Source of the DNA: an uncultured Planctomycetota bacterium
GTDB lineage: Bacteria > Planctomycetota > Planctomycetia > Isosphaerales > Isosphaeraceae
Length of the DNA: 64,000 nt
Reading direction: 5' to 3'
Assembly: GCA_963845755.1 (NCBI GenBank)
Contig: CAWJTV010000037.1
Coordinates: forward strand, 32,001-96,000
The translations under genes and the position numbers were made by a program. Positions 51,756-64,000 of this stretch are shown here, one piece after another. Each line of letters opens with the position of its first letter. Within the stretch, counting starts at the first letter, position 1. The notes under the pieces were generated by a model that saw only the letters and a program-made list of their open reading frames with translations, did not search any database and had not been told where the DNA came from.

Positions 51756-54700
51756 CTACTTCTTAAACTCGTTCGTCGGAGCTGCGATCAACGCCTCGGC
51801 CTCGCGGCACAGGACATGAGCGATCAGCCAGTCGTGCCACGCCCCGTTGCCGGGAATGGAAAAACGATCGTCGAGGAGTTGCTTCGCCTCGTCGAGCGAC
51901 TGTCGGGCAGCGCCCTCGTTCCGCAGTCGGTGCTGGGACATCGCCTCAACTGAGAGGTCAGCCGCGGTGAGGGCGTCAATGTTATTCTGGTTCTTCGCGA
52001 CTCGCCGGCGGCTGTCTTGGCAAGCCGCCAGCGCCTCGGCGTATTTCTCGGTTCGATACGCGTGGAGCCCATCGCTGAAGAGATACCATTCCATCGAGGG
52101 CTGCTGGTTTTCGCCGGAAACGGCCACCTGCGCGAGCCTGGCGATACGGTCGGCGTCCACCGGCGAGCTCGCGAGGAGCATGCAGGCCTTGACCGTATTA
52201 CTGGCCACCTCATGCGACGGGGTGTTTCCCCAGTGAGCGAGCATCAGCCGGCAATGTTCCCGGTAGCGCTCCATCTCTCCCAGGTGGACCAGCAATGCCC
52301 CAAGCTGAAGCGACGTGAAGGTGTCGGGCTGCAAGCGTTCCGCCACTACGAGATCGGCCTCGGCCTTCCTCCATAGGCCGTGGTCGCCGTACCAATTGCC
52401 CCGCTCGCGGTATCCCTTGGCCTGACCGGGCTCCTCGCGGATCGCCGCCGTCAGCCCCTCGGGGGGCTCACCCGCAGCGGCAGCGAGCAGTTCAGCCGCC
52501 TCGGGGCGGTCGAGTCCGACGACCCGCACGGCCTTCTGAAGGAGTGAGTTCAGGCCCGTGTCCGCAGCCGCGGCCGACGGGGTCACGAGCTCGGCGGCCT
52601 TCCGGCATGCGGCCCGAGCCTGGTCCATCTCTCCCAGTTGACCATGAGACACGGTGAGCATCAGCCAGTCGGCGGGCGGCGACTGCCGGTTCGCCGCCCT
52701 GCTCCTGGTCAGGATGTCCACGATTTTGCGGAACGCCCGGGTGGCATCGGCGCTCCGGTTGGCTTTCCGCGCGATTTCGCCGATGACCATGTAGGTGGAT
52801 GCCAGATCGCGATCCATTCCCAGGACCTCGGGCGATGCAGAGCTCATCGTCTCCGCGATGGAAGCCGCTCCTTGAAGCCGTTCCAGGGCTTCGTCGAGCT
52901 TTCCGGACTCGGCGAGTAGCCGACCGAGTTGCCGATCAGTCTCGGCGAGCTCGGCCTGGAAATCTCGGTTGGCCGGCTCTTCGGCCGCGATTCTGACTCG
53001 CTCGACCAGCACCGACTCGAGCTCGGCCTCAGCCTCGTTCTTCTGGCCGATATCCAGGCGTATCAGCGCAAGAGCCGCCCGGGCAGACAGCTCGTCGGCG
53101 CGGCCTTTGCGCTCGCGCCGGGAGGCTTGCTCCCGCGGCGACGACCCGACGTGGGCCACCGTCGGTGCTTTCGGGATCAGTCCCGCGGCCTCCTTGATGA
53201 GGATCTCGGCACGAACCATTTCGCACCAATGCAACGGATCGGTCTCGAAGTTCTGGCCGGGTTTCGGCAATCGGTCGTGTGCCGTGCGGGCTCGCTGTAA
53301 CGCGGACGCCGCTTCGGCGCCTCGACCGAGACGGGCCAGTGCTGCGGCCTCGACGCCTCGGATGGACGCATCGAGATCCGATAGGGGTTGCGGCGCGTTT
53401 GCGAATCGCGTCGCGACCGCGTCGAAGTTCCCGAGCCGGTAGTCCGCGAGGAGCGAAGCCAGCAACGTCCCGGCTTCTGCCGGTTGCGCTCGATGCCGGG
53501 CCAGTGCCGCTTCAGCCCATAGACGAATGGTCTCCCGATCCGACACGGCGTCAGGAGCCAGCAGGAGACTATTGACCATCGCCTCGACCAGGGTCGGGTC
53601 TCGGTTCTCCCGGTATCGGCCGAGCAGCTCCTGGGCGAGCTCACGATATCCCGACGCATCTCCAGCTCGGAGGCGCAGGAGGGCGAGTAACTCCTGGGCC
53701 GCGCCGTTCTCGGGGATGAGCTGAACGGTCCTGGCCTGGATGGCCGCCGCCTCGGGGAACATCCCACGACACACAAGTTCGTGCATTCGCCTCGCGACCA
53801 GAACCAGGTCATTCGGACGCAGAGCCGTCAGGCGGTCATACACCTGCGCGTCGTGGACGATCGAGTCGTCTATTCCATGTCGATCAAAGAACCACGCGTA
53901 GGAGCCGGCACGATCCTTCGGGATCTGCGGGATCCGGAGCGAATCGAGGACCCGAGCGAACTCGGTGGCGGCTTCGTCCCACCGCCCGAGTTCGGTGTAG
54001 GCACGGCCGATTTCTTTCGGCACCTGAGGCCAATTCCGGCCCAGTGCCCTCGCCCTCGCGAACATCTGGGCTGACTGGTCCCACCGTTGCAGCTCGCCAA
54101 GCCGGCGGCCGAGATCGATCCACAACCGTGGCTGATTCGGGGCTCCTCTCGCCAGGCGGAGGAATTCGTCCTCGGTCGTCTCGTGTGCCGCCTGGGCCTC
54201 ACGGGATTTCCGCATGAGGGCCAGTTCGTCGGCGCTCGGGACGGGAGGTTTGCCGTGGATCAGTCGGTGTGCTTCCCGGTAGGTGGCTTGATACCACAGC
54301 TCCTCTTCCCAGCCCTCGGCCAGCAGGCGCGGTGGTATGGCCAGGGCCTGCTGGACCTGCGCCGCATGTCGCATCTCAGCAGCTTGCAAGGTCTGGCGGG
54401 CCTCGTCCGGTTTGCCGACCTGATGGAGGATGGAGGCGTGGAGCGGCCGGAAGTAGAGCTGATCCTCGGTTTGCACCGCCTTCAGGACCTGCGTCTCCGC
54501 TTCGGCGTACCGGCCAGCACGGAAGTAGGCGTTCGCCTGCCGGTGATGCAGCCAGAATGCGTTCGGTGCATTATCGGACAACGTCTGGAGAGGCACGATC
54601 CACCGATCCCGAACCGCGCTCTTCTCCCCGGGCAGGAGACAGGACACTCCCAGGTCGGAGGGAACGTCGTCCTTGCCGGGACGGTCGTATCGGCGAACCA

Positions 54701-57700
54701 TCTCGCCGAACACCTGTTCGGACTCCTTCTCCCGACCGGCCGCGTACAGGCTGAAGACGCGACACCATGTCGGCCTCACGTCGAGAGGAGCACGGCGATC
54801 GGCCTCGCCGAAGGCATCGGCGGCCTCGGTCCACAGTCTCAGGTGGAGCAGCTCCCAGGCCCGCTGCAAGGGGCCGTCGTGGAACAGGCACTCGCACCAA
54901 GCCGGCCCGTTCGTCTGCTTGATCTTCACCAGGATGGTGTTCCGGCCTGCTCGCAGAGTGACCGGGACCCAGTTCTCTCCCGTGCCAACGAGTTTCCAGG
55001 CCTCGAACCCGGTGAACGTCAAACGTCCGTTTACCCAGAGGCGGGCGTCCTCTCCCGTGCGCAGCAACAGCGAGGCGGTTCGATCCCGATCGGCGTGGAC
55101 GTAAGTTAGGGCGTAGAACGAGACGGTCTGATTCCCGCCGCCGACCATCCCCAATTCGATGTGTCCTGTGTTGGGCGTGGTCGATACGGCCTGCCACTTC
55201 AGCGCATGACTTCCGCCGCCGATGTCCATCGGCCGCGAAGGGTCGGGATCCTTCTCGGAGAGGCATGTCCGATCGAACGGTTCCGGGTAAGGCCCGGCCA
55301 CCCACCACCCGGCTTCGAGGAACTGATTGAGCTCGCCCTTGCCGAGTGAGGAAGCCCGCGCGAAGGCCGCATCGGCTTGAGTGTGATCTCCCAACTCGGC
55401 AAGGAACCGGCCGGCTTCGATCCAAGGCTGCGCAGGCCGGGTTCGAGCCCCTGGGCCTTGGACAGGTCGCCGGCCATCCGGTCCGTACGCCCGAGCCTGG
55501 CGAAGACACGTGCCCGAGTGAGCCACAGGTCGACCTCATTCGGTCGCAGGGCGACCGCGGCCGCGAACTCGGCCTCGGCTTTCTCGACCTCTCCGAAGGC
55601 ATACAGCACCCTGCCCCGAAACAGCCGATCGTAGGGCGAGTCCGGCAGGGGCTTACCCTCGATGGTATGATGAGCCTCGCGACGAACGAGGCGGAAGTAG
55701 ACCCAGTCCGGCCAGTCCGGCCGCACGAGTCGCATGGCCGGATTCGTGGCCGCGTCACCCGTCACGCGATCGGCCGCGAGGTCCGCCTGCCGCAACGCCT
55801 CCCGTGCCGCGTCGGGGTGACCGACCTGGTGTTCGGCCAGAGCGACGCCGATCCAGTTCCAGATCAGTTCGTCCGGGCCGACCAGCCGGGCTTGACCCTC
55901 TTTGACCTGTCCGGCCCGGACACGAGCGATTGCCGGGACCCATTGCTGCCACTCGATCGAGGTCGCATCTTGACGAGTTTCCGCGAGCTCTTTCGCGTTC
56001 GCCATGCGCCGGGCGAGGGTCTTGAATCCTTCCGTGTCGCCGGCCTCGGCCATCAGCAAGGCAAGCTGATGCCAGGGTGTGACTGCGGCAGGTACCTCAA
56101 TCTCGAACGACCGCCGATGGAATCGAAGCGCCTCGGTGAGCAGCCCGACTTGCCCATATTGATCGCCGACATGCCTGATCGCCTCCGCAAGGGCGATGCG
56201 CAGAGGGAAGCGATCCGGGTTCGCCTCGAAGTCGGCTTCGAGGGGGGCGAGTCCTTCTTCCCACGCCGCGCCCGCTTCCTTGAGCCGGCCGGCCGCGGCG
56301 AAACAGTCTCCGCGGGAGATCTGGCTCTGGAGCAGGTCGGCGCGGAGTCGTTCGTCGTTCGGTTCTTCCTCGACAAGCTCCTTCCTCTCGGTCAGGGCCT
56401 CGTCGATGCGGCCCCGCGCTTCCTCGGCTTGTCCGGCATCGAGCAGGGCTTGGGCCAACTCTTAACGCGCCCGGGCCAGACTGCGTCGATTGAATCGGCT
56501 CGGGGGGAGCGGTGCGGCCACGGCCTCCAGAGCCGTCAGGACGATCCGCCGAGTGGACGCCTTTTCTTCGAGCGAGGCTGCTGGGTTCCAGGTCGCGGCG
56601 TCGGCCGATGTCAGCTCGTCGATCCGGGCCAGCACCTCGTTGAAGTCGGGCCGAATGCGCAGCGGTTCGGTGCGCGGATCCGTCCTCATCCAGTTCGAGT
56701 CGCGCCAGCCGGCGAGGACATGCTTCCGCAGGGCATTCACGACCGCCACAGCCTCGGGTTCGGTCTTCACTTCCCCAGGCGGCGCGCACCGCGGCTCGGG
56801 CGATCACGATGGCATATACGGCGAGGTGGAAGTCCCGGACGCCCTCGAAAAACGCCGTCGTTTCCTCGGTGGTTTTGGCGATCCGCTCGCGCAGCTTCGT
56901 GCGCGACCTTTGCCGCCTCATCCCATCGGCGGGCATCGCGCAGCGCCTCCAGGAAATCGGCATAGCCCTGGACCAGATCCGCGTCAAACCCCGCGACTCC
57001 CGGGTTATCGCGAGCGCGGCGGTCCAGGACTTCGATCCGGCGGCGATGGGCAGCCAGTTCCTCCTCGGTCAGACCGGAGGCTTTGGCTCTCGTCGCTACT
57101 TGATCGAGCAGCGTTACCAGGAACCGGGTGGTGGGTTCGCTGGACGGGTCGAGTCGATAGGCAATTTCGCCTTGCTCGAGGGCCTTGTGGAACAAGGTCA
57201 GGGCTTCGTGGTGGCGATCCTCTTTCAATTGAAGAGCGATCTGGTTCAGGCTGGTGGCCAATCCCAGCCGGGCGTCGGGGTCGTGAGGCCGCAACCGCAC
57301 CAGCCGTTCTCGGATCATCAGGGCCTTGCGAAGGAACTCCAGGAACTTCGCTGGATCGTCCTTGAAATGAAACGCGTCGTCGTTGTAGGCATTTCCCAGG
57401 TCCGCCTGGTACCGCGGGTCGTCCGGGCGAACGAGCTTTTCCCAGATTGCGATCGCACGCTCGTTTTGCCCCTGTCGATGCAGGGCTTTGGCAAGGCGGT
57501 CCTGGATCTCGCGGTCGTCACGGGCGTCGGCTGCCAGGGCCTCGTAGAGGCGCAGGGACTGGGCGAAGGACTGGTCGGCCAGTGGTTGCTGGCCAAGATC
57601 CCTGTAGAGAGTCCCGACCTTCTCGTAAACCGCCGCCAGTTCTCGGTGCAGGGCCGGGTCGGTCCCGCGCTCCAAGAGGAATTGTTGATAAAATCCCAGG

Positions 57701-58390
57701 GCGGACCGCAGGAGTCGGTCCCGCAACGGCGAGAGACCGGGCGACTTGAGCCTGGCGTCGCTGCTCGCGGCCGTCAGGTATTCCTGAACCGACGTCCGAG
57801 TCCTGGCGAAGTTCTCCTCGGCCTGTTGGAGAGCCTCAATCGCCCGCGTGCGGCCGGCCTCGGCGGCCTTCGCGGCCGCTTCGGCGGTCTTCACGTTCGC
57901 CTCGGCGGTCTTGGCAGTCGCCTTGGCGGCCTTCGCGGTCGCCTCGGCTTGTTCGCGCTGACTGACTTCTCGCTGTCTCGCACGCTCGGCGTCGGCCCGG
58001 GCCGTTCGTTCCGCCTCGGCCGCAAGCGCCTCGCGTCGTGACTGGTTCGTCGAACCGGACGGCGACGATCAGGGAGACGACGGTCGCCAGCAGTACCACC
58101 GCCAGCGAAGCGCCCAGAGCGGCGATCGAGGCGTATCGACCGACCCGGCCTGCGCGACCCATCGGCGTCGAAAGACTGGAAGTCGAGGTCCGAGCCACCT
58201 CGTCGCGATCGTGCTTCGCCGATTCCAAGTCTACGAGGAGTGGGAACAATTCGCGGATATCGTCGCCCAGCTCGGGATGACGGTCGACGTACTCCTGCAA
58301 CGCCGGGCGTTCGCCGAGTCGGTTGCGTTCGGCGAATTCATTCGCAAGTCGATGGAGCAGGGCGAAGCGTTTGGTGCTGTGAGAAGCCAT
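51756..58390 (-). CDS. Giant (~2200 aa) membrane-anchored TPR protein with a kinase-type N-terminus but no kinase domain; at least four frameshifts and one in-frame stop (56462)
   Basis: RBS AGGAGG; consecutive fragments 58390-58035, 57894-56880, 56880-56770, 56770-55430 and 55430-51756 join into TM, coiled coil, many TPRs and a beta-sandwich domain. Confidence 0.75.
57850..57960 (-). repeat. Low-complexity Ala/Lys/Glu coiled-coil repeat within the giant TPR gene
   Basis: AEATAKAAKATAKTAEANVKTAEAAAKAAEA; repeated DNA units such as GGCGGCCTTCGCGG and GGCGGTCTT. Confidence 0.6.
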
Positions 58391-58755
58391 GTCAGAGACC
58401 CTCCTGCTCACCGAGCATCGTAACGAGGATTTCCTCGAGGCGATTGAGTCCGGGGAAAGAGCGACGGGCCTCAATCCCGTTTTCGAACCACCCAATGATA
58501 CCGATTTTCCTCCATGAGCCACGGTTTTCCGGCCTGGAGGAGTCGGATTTCTTCTTTGGAGATGTCTGGTTAATGCGCGAGCGATCCGGCTTCAGGTGCC
58601 GAGCACTCCGGCTCCTCCGAAGCCCGCTTCTAATATCACTCTCAGCTCGTGCCCTCGTGGTCGGCCAAGTTGGGGTAGCCCAGGAAATGTCGGGCGACCC
58701 GCCGGCCGATAAGGTCCGCCATCCTGAGGGGACGAAGGTCCTCGGCTCCTCGATG

Positions 58756-60314
58756 TCAGGTGTGGTAGGAGAACGCGACCGGACGCGACGCGATGCCGTT
58801 TGCCACCACTGAGAGTCGATATTTCCCGGTCGGGAGTGTCCCCGGGAGCGTGAAATCCGTCGACACCGACTTCCTGCGAGTCGCTACGCCGATCGTCCAG
58901 TTGGTGGTTCGGGCGTAGTAGACGTGGTGGCTGGCGTCGGAGAGCCGAACGATGGGATAGTTGCTCGACATCTGGGCATCGTCGCCGTAGTACGCCCCTT
59001 CGGAGACGCCGTTGAGCTGGGTTCCCGTCAGGTGGAACGAGCCGTTGTGGTTGCGCCGGATCTGGGTGATGGTCGGTCGCCACGAGGCGCGCGGTCTGCC
59101 TCCAGGCTTGTAGATGTCAAGCTGATTCGACCCATCGGCGAAAAGGACATCGCCGTTGGGGAGGGCGACGAAGCGGGACGTGAAGGGCTGAGAGGTATCG
59201 TTCGGCAGGTTGGGCGCGTCGGTGAACTGGTTCGCGACCGGGTCGTATTCGACGAACGTCGTCGGCCCATCGCCCGATTTCGGCCCGACCGCGCAGAGGA
59301 CCTTGCCATTGGAAAGTACGACTGCCGACCCGTCGTAGGATCCCAGTCCGTTGGGGATGTCCGGTCCGGCAACCCAAGTGCCGGATTGACTCACCTGGGC
59401 TGCGGGTGTGTAGATCGCGGTATGACCGCTGGCTCCGAGGAAAAACGCCCGGCCGTCGTTGAGAAGTACCCCTGGGCCAGTATCGTTCTCGCCTTCAGGA
59501 TTCTCGTACCAGAGGTCGACCGGGACGGTAGCGTCATTAACCCACTGATTCGTCGTGGAGAGATAGCGTTCCGACGGGTAGGCGCCGGCGAGCCGATCGC
59601 GTCGTTGTCAACGGCCAGGATGCTACCGCCGGGCATCAGGACCCAGTTTTCCTCGTTCGCACTGCGTGTCAATTGCGCGCCGGGGTCTTTGTAGAGGTTC
59701 GGTCCCTGAACCCATGTCTCGGTCGAGGGTTGAAAGACGAGCGTCGTCTGGACCAAGGGAAAGTTTGGAGATCGCTCTTCGGGGGCGAGCAAAATGTCGC
59801 CGTCGGGCAGAAGCTTGGACGGGGCGTCTCCAATCTTGAGGGGAGGGTCGGGGAGATTGGCGGCGTCCGGTGACGTGACCGAGGCCCATTGATTGGTGGC
59901 TGGGTCGTAGATCTCGGCCGTGTTGCCGCCGGTGCCGATTTCACCCCCCGCGACGAAGATCTTGCCGCTGGGAAGGACGGCCGAGTCGTAGTAGAGGCGT
60001 GTGTCGTGCATCGAGGCCAGGCGCGACCAGGTTCCTTTGGCGTAACTTCCGTGTGTGTTCGGCTTCAGAGCATACCAAACATCGCTGCCGCCGATTTGGG
60101 CCATCACCCGGCCGTCGGTCAGCAGGAGCATCGTTTCCACGCCTCCGGGCGCCGGCGTGGGCACGGGTATCCAACTCCCGGCCAGCAGGATCCGGGCCTC
60201 AACGCACTCGACCTCGGACCGTCGGGCGCGATGGCCCGGCGACCGAAAATCGCGACGCGGACGTTGCGAGGCGCTCGATTCTCGACGGATGGCACAGTTG
60301 AAGAACTCCAGCAT
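58756..60314 (-). CDS. Kelch/galactose oxidase-like beta-propeller protein with C-terminal Ig-like domain; frameshifts near 59560 and 59395
   Basis: VECVEARILLA planctomycete extracellular-type motif; LLTDGRV, VLPSGKIFVAGGE, AEIYDP, GTQLNG...YGDDAQMSSNYPIVRL, VVANGIAS. Confidence 0.82.
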
Positions 60315-60559
60315 CAGTGGCTCCTGTTCGACCTCTTGGCGAAGTGTCTCACCAACCGCGGCGATCGGGCGAAAAGATGTGCTGAGGACCTCGCGATCGA
60401 CGCGAGGATGTCCGCTTTCAACGCGACGACCTTCTGTATCAGACTGCTGAGATGCCTCTCAGGCCGAGCGGCTACAGGTGAAGATGATTCATCTCGTTGA
60501 ATCGCCGCTGCCGGTTCATCCCAGTTGATCATTACAACCGATCGCCTCCCTTGATGCAA

Positions 60560-60660
60560 CTTAAATCAAGCATTATCCGGCCTAGAATCTTAAGATGCGA
60601 TTGATCCCCGTTAAATCATCGGATATTATTAATAGGATATTATGATATCACTATTTTGTC
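60560..60660. promoter_or_regulatory. AT-rich divergent promoter region
   Basis: Sharp AT-rich tract (GGATATTATTAATAGGATATTATGATATC, with GGATATTAT twice) between divergent genes. Confidence 0.45.
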
Positions 60661-60847
60661 GCCTCTTGGTCCGCGGATTTCGGCGTCGAAGGCCGAGTGG
60701 GGCCCGACGAATCGCGATTGCTGTCTCAGCGGTCTTCCCTTGGTTCTTCTGTCGCTCTGGTGACCATCGCCAATCGAGCGGTTAAACTGGGAGGCCACGG
60801 ACTTCGCACGAACACCACGATGAATCGAATCAGACGGAGGAGCACGC

Positions 60848-63800
60848 GTGAAACCGCACGATCGGCCGATGATCTGGCCAATGCTCATCTCGGCCTTGCT
60901 GTGGGCGCAGGCGATGATTCATCGAGAGGCGATGTCCGGTGAGGCAGTCGATCCGAGTGAAGGTCCACGCCGTGTGGCGGCGGACATCGTCCTCAAAGGA
61001 GGCACGCTGATCGACGGCACCGGCGCTCCGGGACGTCTCGCAGACGTTGCCGTGCGTGGGGACCGGATCGTGGCCGTCGGCTCGTTCCAGACCGAACCTG
61101 GTGCGAAATCGATCGACGCCTCAGGGCTGATCGTCGCGCCGGGGTTCATCGACCTGCACACTCACTCCGACAGCGGGATCACCCAGGCCGCCACCCGTCT
61201 CAATACCAATTACCTGACCCAGGGCGTGACCACGATCGTCACGGGAAACTGCGGCGGCGGAGTGCTCGACGTCGCCCGTTATTTCACCGCGATCGACGCA
61301 CATGGCGCCGGCACGAATGTGATTCATCTCGTCCCGCAGGGTCGAGTTCGGTCCACGATCCTGGGGAACGAGGATCGACCGCCGAGCCCGGCCGAACTCG
61401 CGCGGATGAAGCAGCTCGTCGAGCGGGGGATGGAGGCCGGCGCCTGGGGCATCTCCTCCGGGTTGATCTACGTGCCCAGCCGGTATGCTCGCACCGCCGA
61501 GCTGATCGAGCTGGCGAAGGTCGCAGGCCGTCATGGGGGACTCTACGCCTCGCACATCCGCACCGAGGAGGCCGGGGTCCTCGACGCGATCGACGAGGCG
61601 ATTGCTGTCGGCAAAGGGGCCGGAGTTCCCGTGCACATCTCGCATTTGAAAGCCAATGGCAAGGCGCAGTGGGGAATGGCGCGCTCGGCGATCGAGCGGC
61701 TCGCCACGGCGCGGAAGGCTGGCCAGGTCGTCACGGCGGACCAGTATCCGTACATCGCCTCGAGTACCGGGCTGGCGGCGATGGTCGTGCCGCACTGGGC
61801 CGTTCAGGGCGATGACGAGAGCTTCCGACGGATCGCCGCCGATCCTGTGCGTGGGACGGCGCTCCGTCGCGAGATCCAGCAGGAGCTCGACCGGCGCGAC
61901 GGCGGCGCCTCGGTCCGGATCGCGCGGTACGCGCCGCGACCCGAATGGGCCGGGCTCGATCTGGTCGCGATCGCGCAGTGCGCGAGTACGACCCCACTGG
62001 AGGTCGTACTGGAGGTCCAGCGACACGGCGGCGCGCAGGCGATCAGCTTCGGCATGAGCGAGCCTGACGTCCGCGAGATCATGCGTCACGATTTCGTGGC
62101 CACTGCATCCGACGGCGCGACACACCTGCCCGGCCGCGGCGACCATCCTCATCCCCGCGCCTACGGTACGTTTCCTCGCAAGATCCGCTACGCGCTCGAC
62201 GAGAAGGTCCTCTCGCTCGAGCAGGCGATCCGATCCTGCTCGGGGTGGCCCGCGGAGATCCTCGGCCTGCCCGAGCGGGGCATCATCCGCGAGGGTGCCA
62301 TCGCGGACCTTGTCGTCTTCGACCCGAAGACCTTTCGGGACGTCGCGACCTTCGAGAACCCGACCCGTTACGCGACCGGCGTGAGATACCTGTTTGTCAA
62401 CGGCGCGGCCCTGATCGCCGACGGGCGGCTCACGACGGAGTCGGGCTCGAAGCGGAAGCTCCCGGGCCGGGCGCTCCGGCTGCATCGAGACGGCCCGGCC
62501 TCGTTGATCGTCAAGGTCGGACGGATCTGGACGGGAGACCGCGACCGCCCCTGGGCGGAGGCCCTGGCCATCCGCGACGGGGCGATCGCCGCCGTCGGGC
62601 CCGCGTCCGAAGCGATGCGTTTTCGCGGACCGTCGACCCGGGTCGTCGATCGGCCGGACGCGTTCGCCCTGCCCGGTCTGATCGACGCCCACGGCCACAT
62701 GGAGTCGCTAGGCGCCTCTCGGGACAAGGTCGATCTGCGCGCGGTTTCATCACTCGAGGAGGTCGGCCGGCGAGTCAAGGCGTGGGCCGAGGCGACGCCC
62801 GGCGACTCGTGGATCACCGGGCGGAACTGGGACCAGAGCCTCTGGCCCGGGGGCGCCTTCCCGACCGCGGCCGTGCTCGACGAGGTCGCACCCCATCGGC
62901 CGGTTTGGCTCCATCGGGTCGACGGCCATGCCGGCTGGGCGAACTCCGAAGCCATGCGGCGCGGCGAACGTGACCCAGGATTCGGTGTCTCCCGCCGGCG
63001 GCCAGATCATGCGGGACAAGGAAGGGCGGCTAACCGGCGTGTTCATCGACGGAGCCATGGGACTGGTCGGCCGCGCGGTCCCGTCCCCGACCAAGCTGGA
63101 TATCCGGCGCCGGCTCCTCGCGGCCCAGGAAATGGCCCTCCGCGCCGGCCTGACGGGCGTCCATGATGCCGGGATCTCCCGGCGCACCGCCGAGGTCTAC
63201 CGCGACCTCGACCGCGAAGGCAAGCTCGCGATCCGGGTCTACGGCATGGCCTCGCTCGCCGATGGCGGTCAGGTCGCGGTTGTCAGCCGGCGCCCCGAAG
63301 TCCGTCCCGACGGGGCGCGGTTCGAGCTCCGAGCCATCAAGCTTTTCATCGACGGCGCGATGGGCTCGCGCGGGGGCCTGCTGTTCCAACCCTACCATGA
63401 CGATCCCGGGAACTCCGGCCTGCTCCTGATGGATCCCAAGGTGCTCGAAGCCACCACGACGGCCGCCCTGCGCAACGGCTGGCAAGTCGCGACCCACGCC
63501 ATCGGCGACAAGGGAAACGCCCTCGTGCTCGACGCCTATGCCGCCGCTCGGAAAGCGGTCCCCGAAGCGCGCGATCCGCGGCTGCGGATCGAACACGCGC
63601 AGGTGGTGCGCAAGGACGATGTCCGGCGGTTTGCCGAGCTGGGTGTCGTCGCCTCGATGCAGCCCTCGCACGCCAGCGACGACATGCGCTGGGCCGACGC
63701 GCGGCTCGGAACGGGCCGGGTCGACGGCGCCTACGCCTGGCGATGGTTCGCCGACGCAGGCGTCTCCCTGGCCTATGGCAGCGATTTCCCCGTCGAGATC

Positions 63801-64000
63801 GTCAACCCCTTCTGGGGCATCTACGCGGCGATCACCCGCCAGGACGCCGAGGGACATCCCCCAGGCGGCTGGCACCCGGAACAGCTCCTCACGCTCGAGG
63901 AGGCCCTCAGTGGCTTTACCGCCGGCTCGGCTCGTGCGGCCTTTGCCGAGGATCGCCTGGGCCTCCTCAAGACCGGATTCCGCGCCGACGTGACGGTCCT
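60848..64000 (+). CDS. Secreted tandem amidohydrolase: N-acyl-D-amino acid deacylase fused to a YtcJ-like amidohydrolase; frameshift near 62960; runs off the window
   Basis: Domain 1: PGFIDLHTHSD, SHIR, HISHLK, ASDG, HPRAYGTFPR. Domain 2: PGLIDAHGH, RVDGH, KLFIDGAMGSRG, HAIGD, RIEHAQ, GSDFP. Confidence 0.88.

Overview
A GC-rich chromosomal segment, most likely from a planctomycete of the Isosphaeraceae type. This assignment is inferred from the Ser/Thr kinase and TPR repertoire, orphan TadE/TadG pseudopilins and planctomycete-style N-terminal motifs. The backbone carries housekeeping and metabolic genes: M16 peptidase, YqgE, a TPP decarboxylase, several hydrolases, a DRB0094-type RNA ligase, a BaiN/YhiN flavoprotein, tRNA-Arg(UCG), rimO-pgsA-uppP-addB-addA, Nramp and MMPL transporters, and a double amidohydrolase. 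An accessory island of about 7.4 kb (~26.5-33.95 kb) has att-like repeats with an AT-rich IHF tract and an IS3 remnant at the left end. It contains GGT, a serine hydrolase, two YciI genes and an ECF42-type sigma factor, and ends in a truncated gene at the right. About 25 frameshifts or stops fall in otherwise intact genes, including addAB, which points to uncorrected long-read errors; broken ORFs are therefore reported as joined genes. I found no CRISPR array, rRNA, integrase, reverse transcriptase or recognisable defence system. The best leads are: (i) a ~99-aa module inserted in frame into the MMPL transporter; (ii) a 48-bp palindromic direct repeat bracketing the esterase-YciI-ECF42 cassette; (iii) a MarR-controlled QueG-like 4Fe-4S/SCP2 enzyme with two visible operators; (iv) a ~2200-aa TPR protein that looks like a planctomycete kinase with the kinase domain excised; (v) a candidate sRNA; and (vi) an AddAB whose AddA nuclease is degenerate. 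All calls come from reading the sequence; no database search was run.
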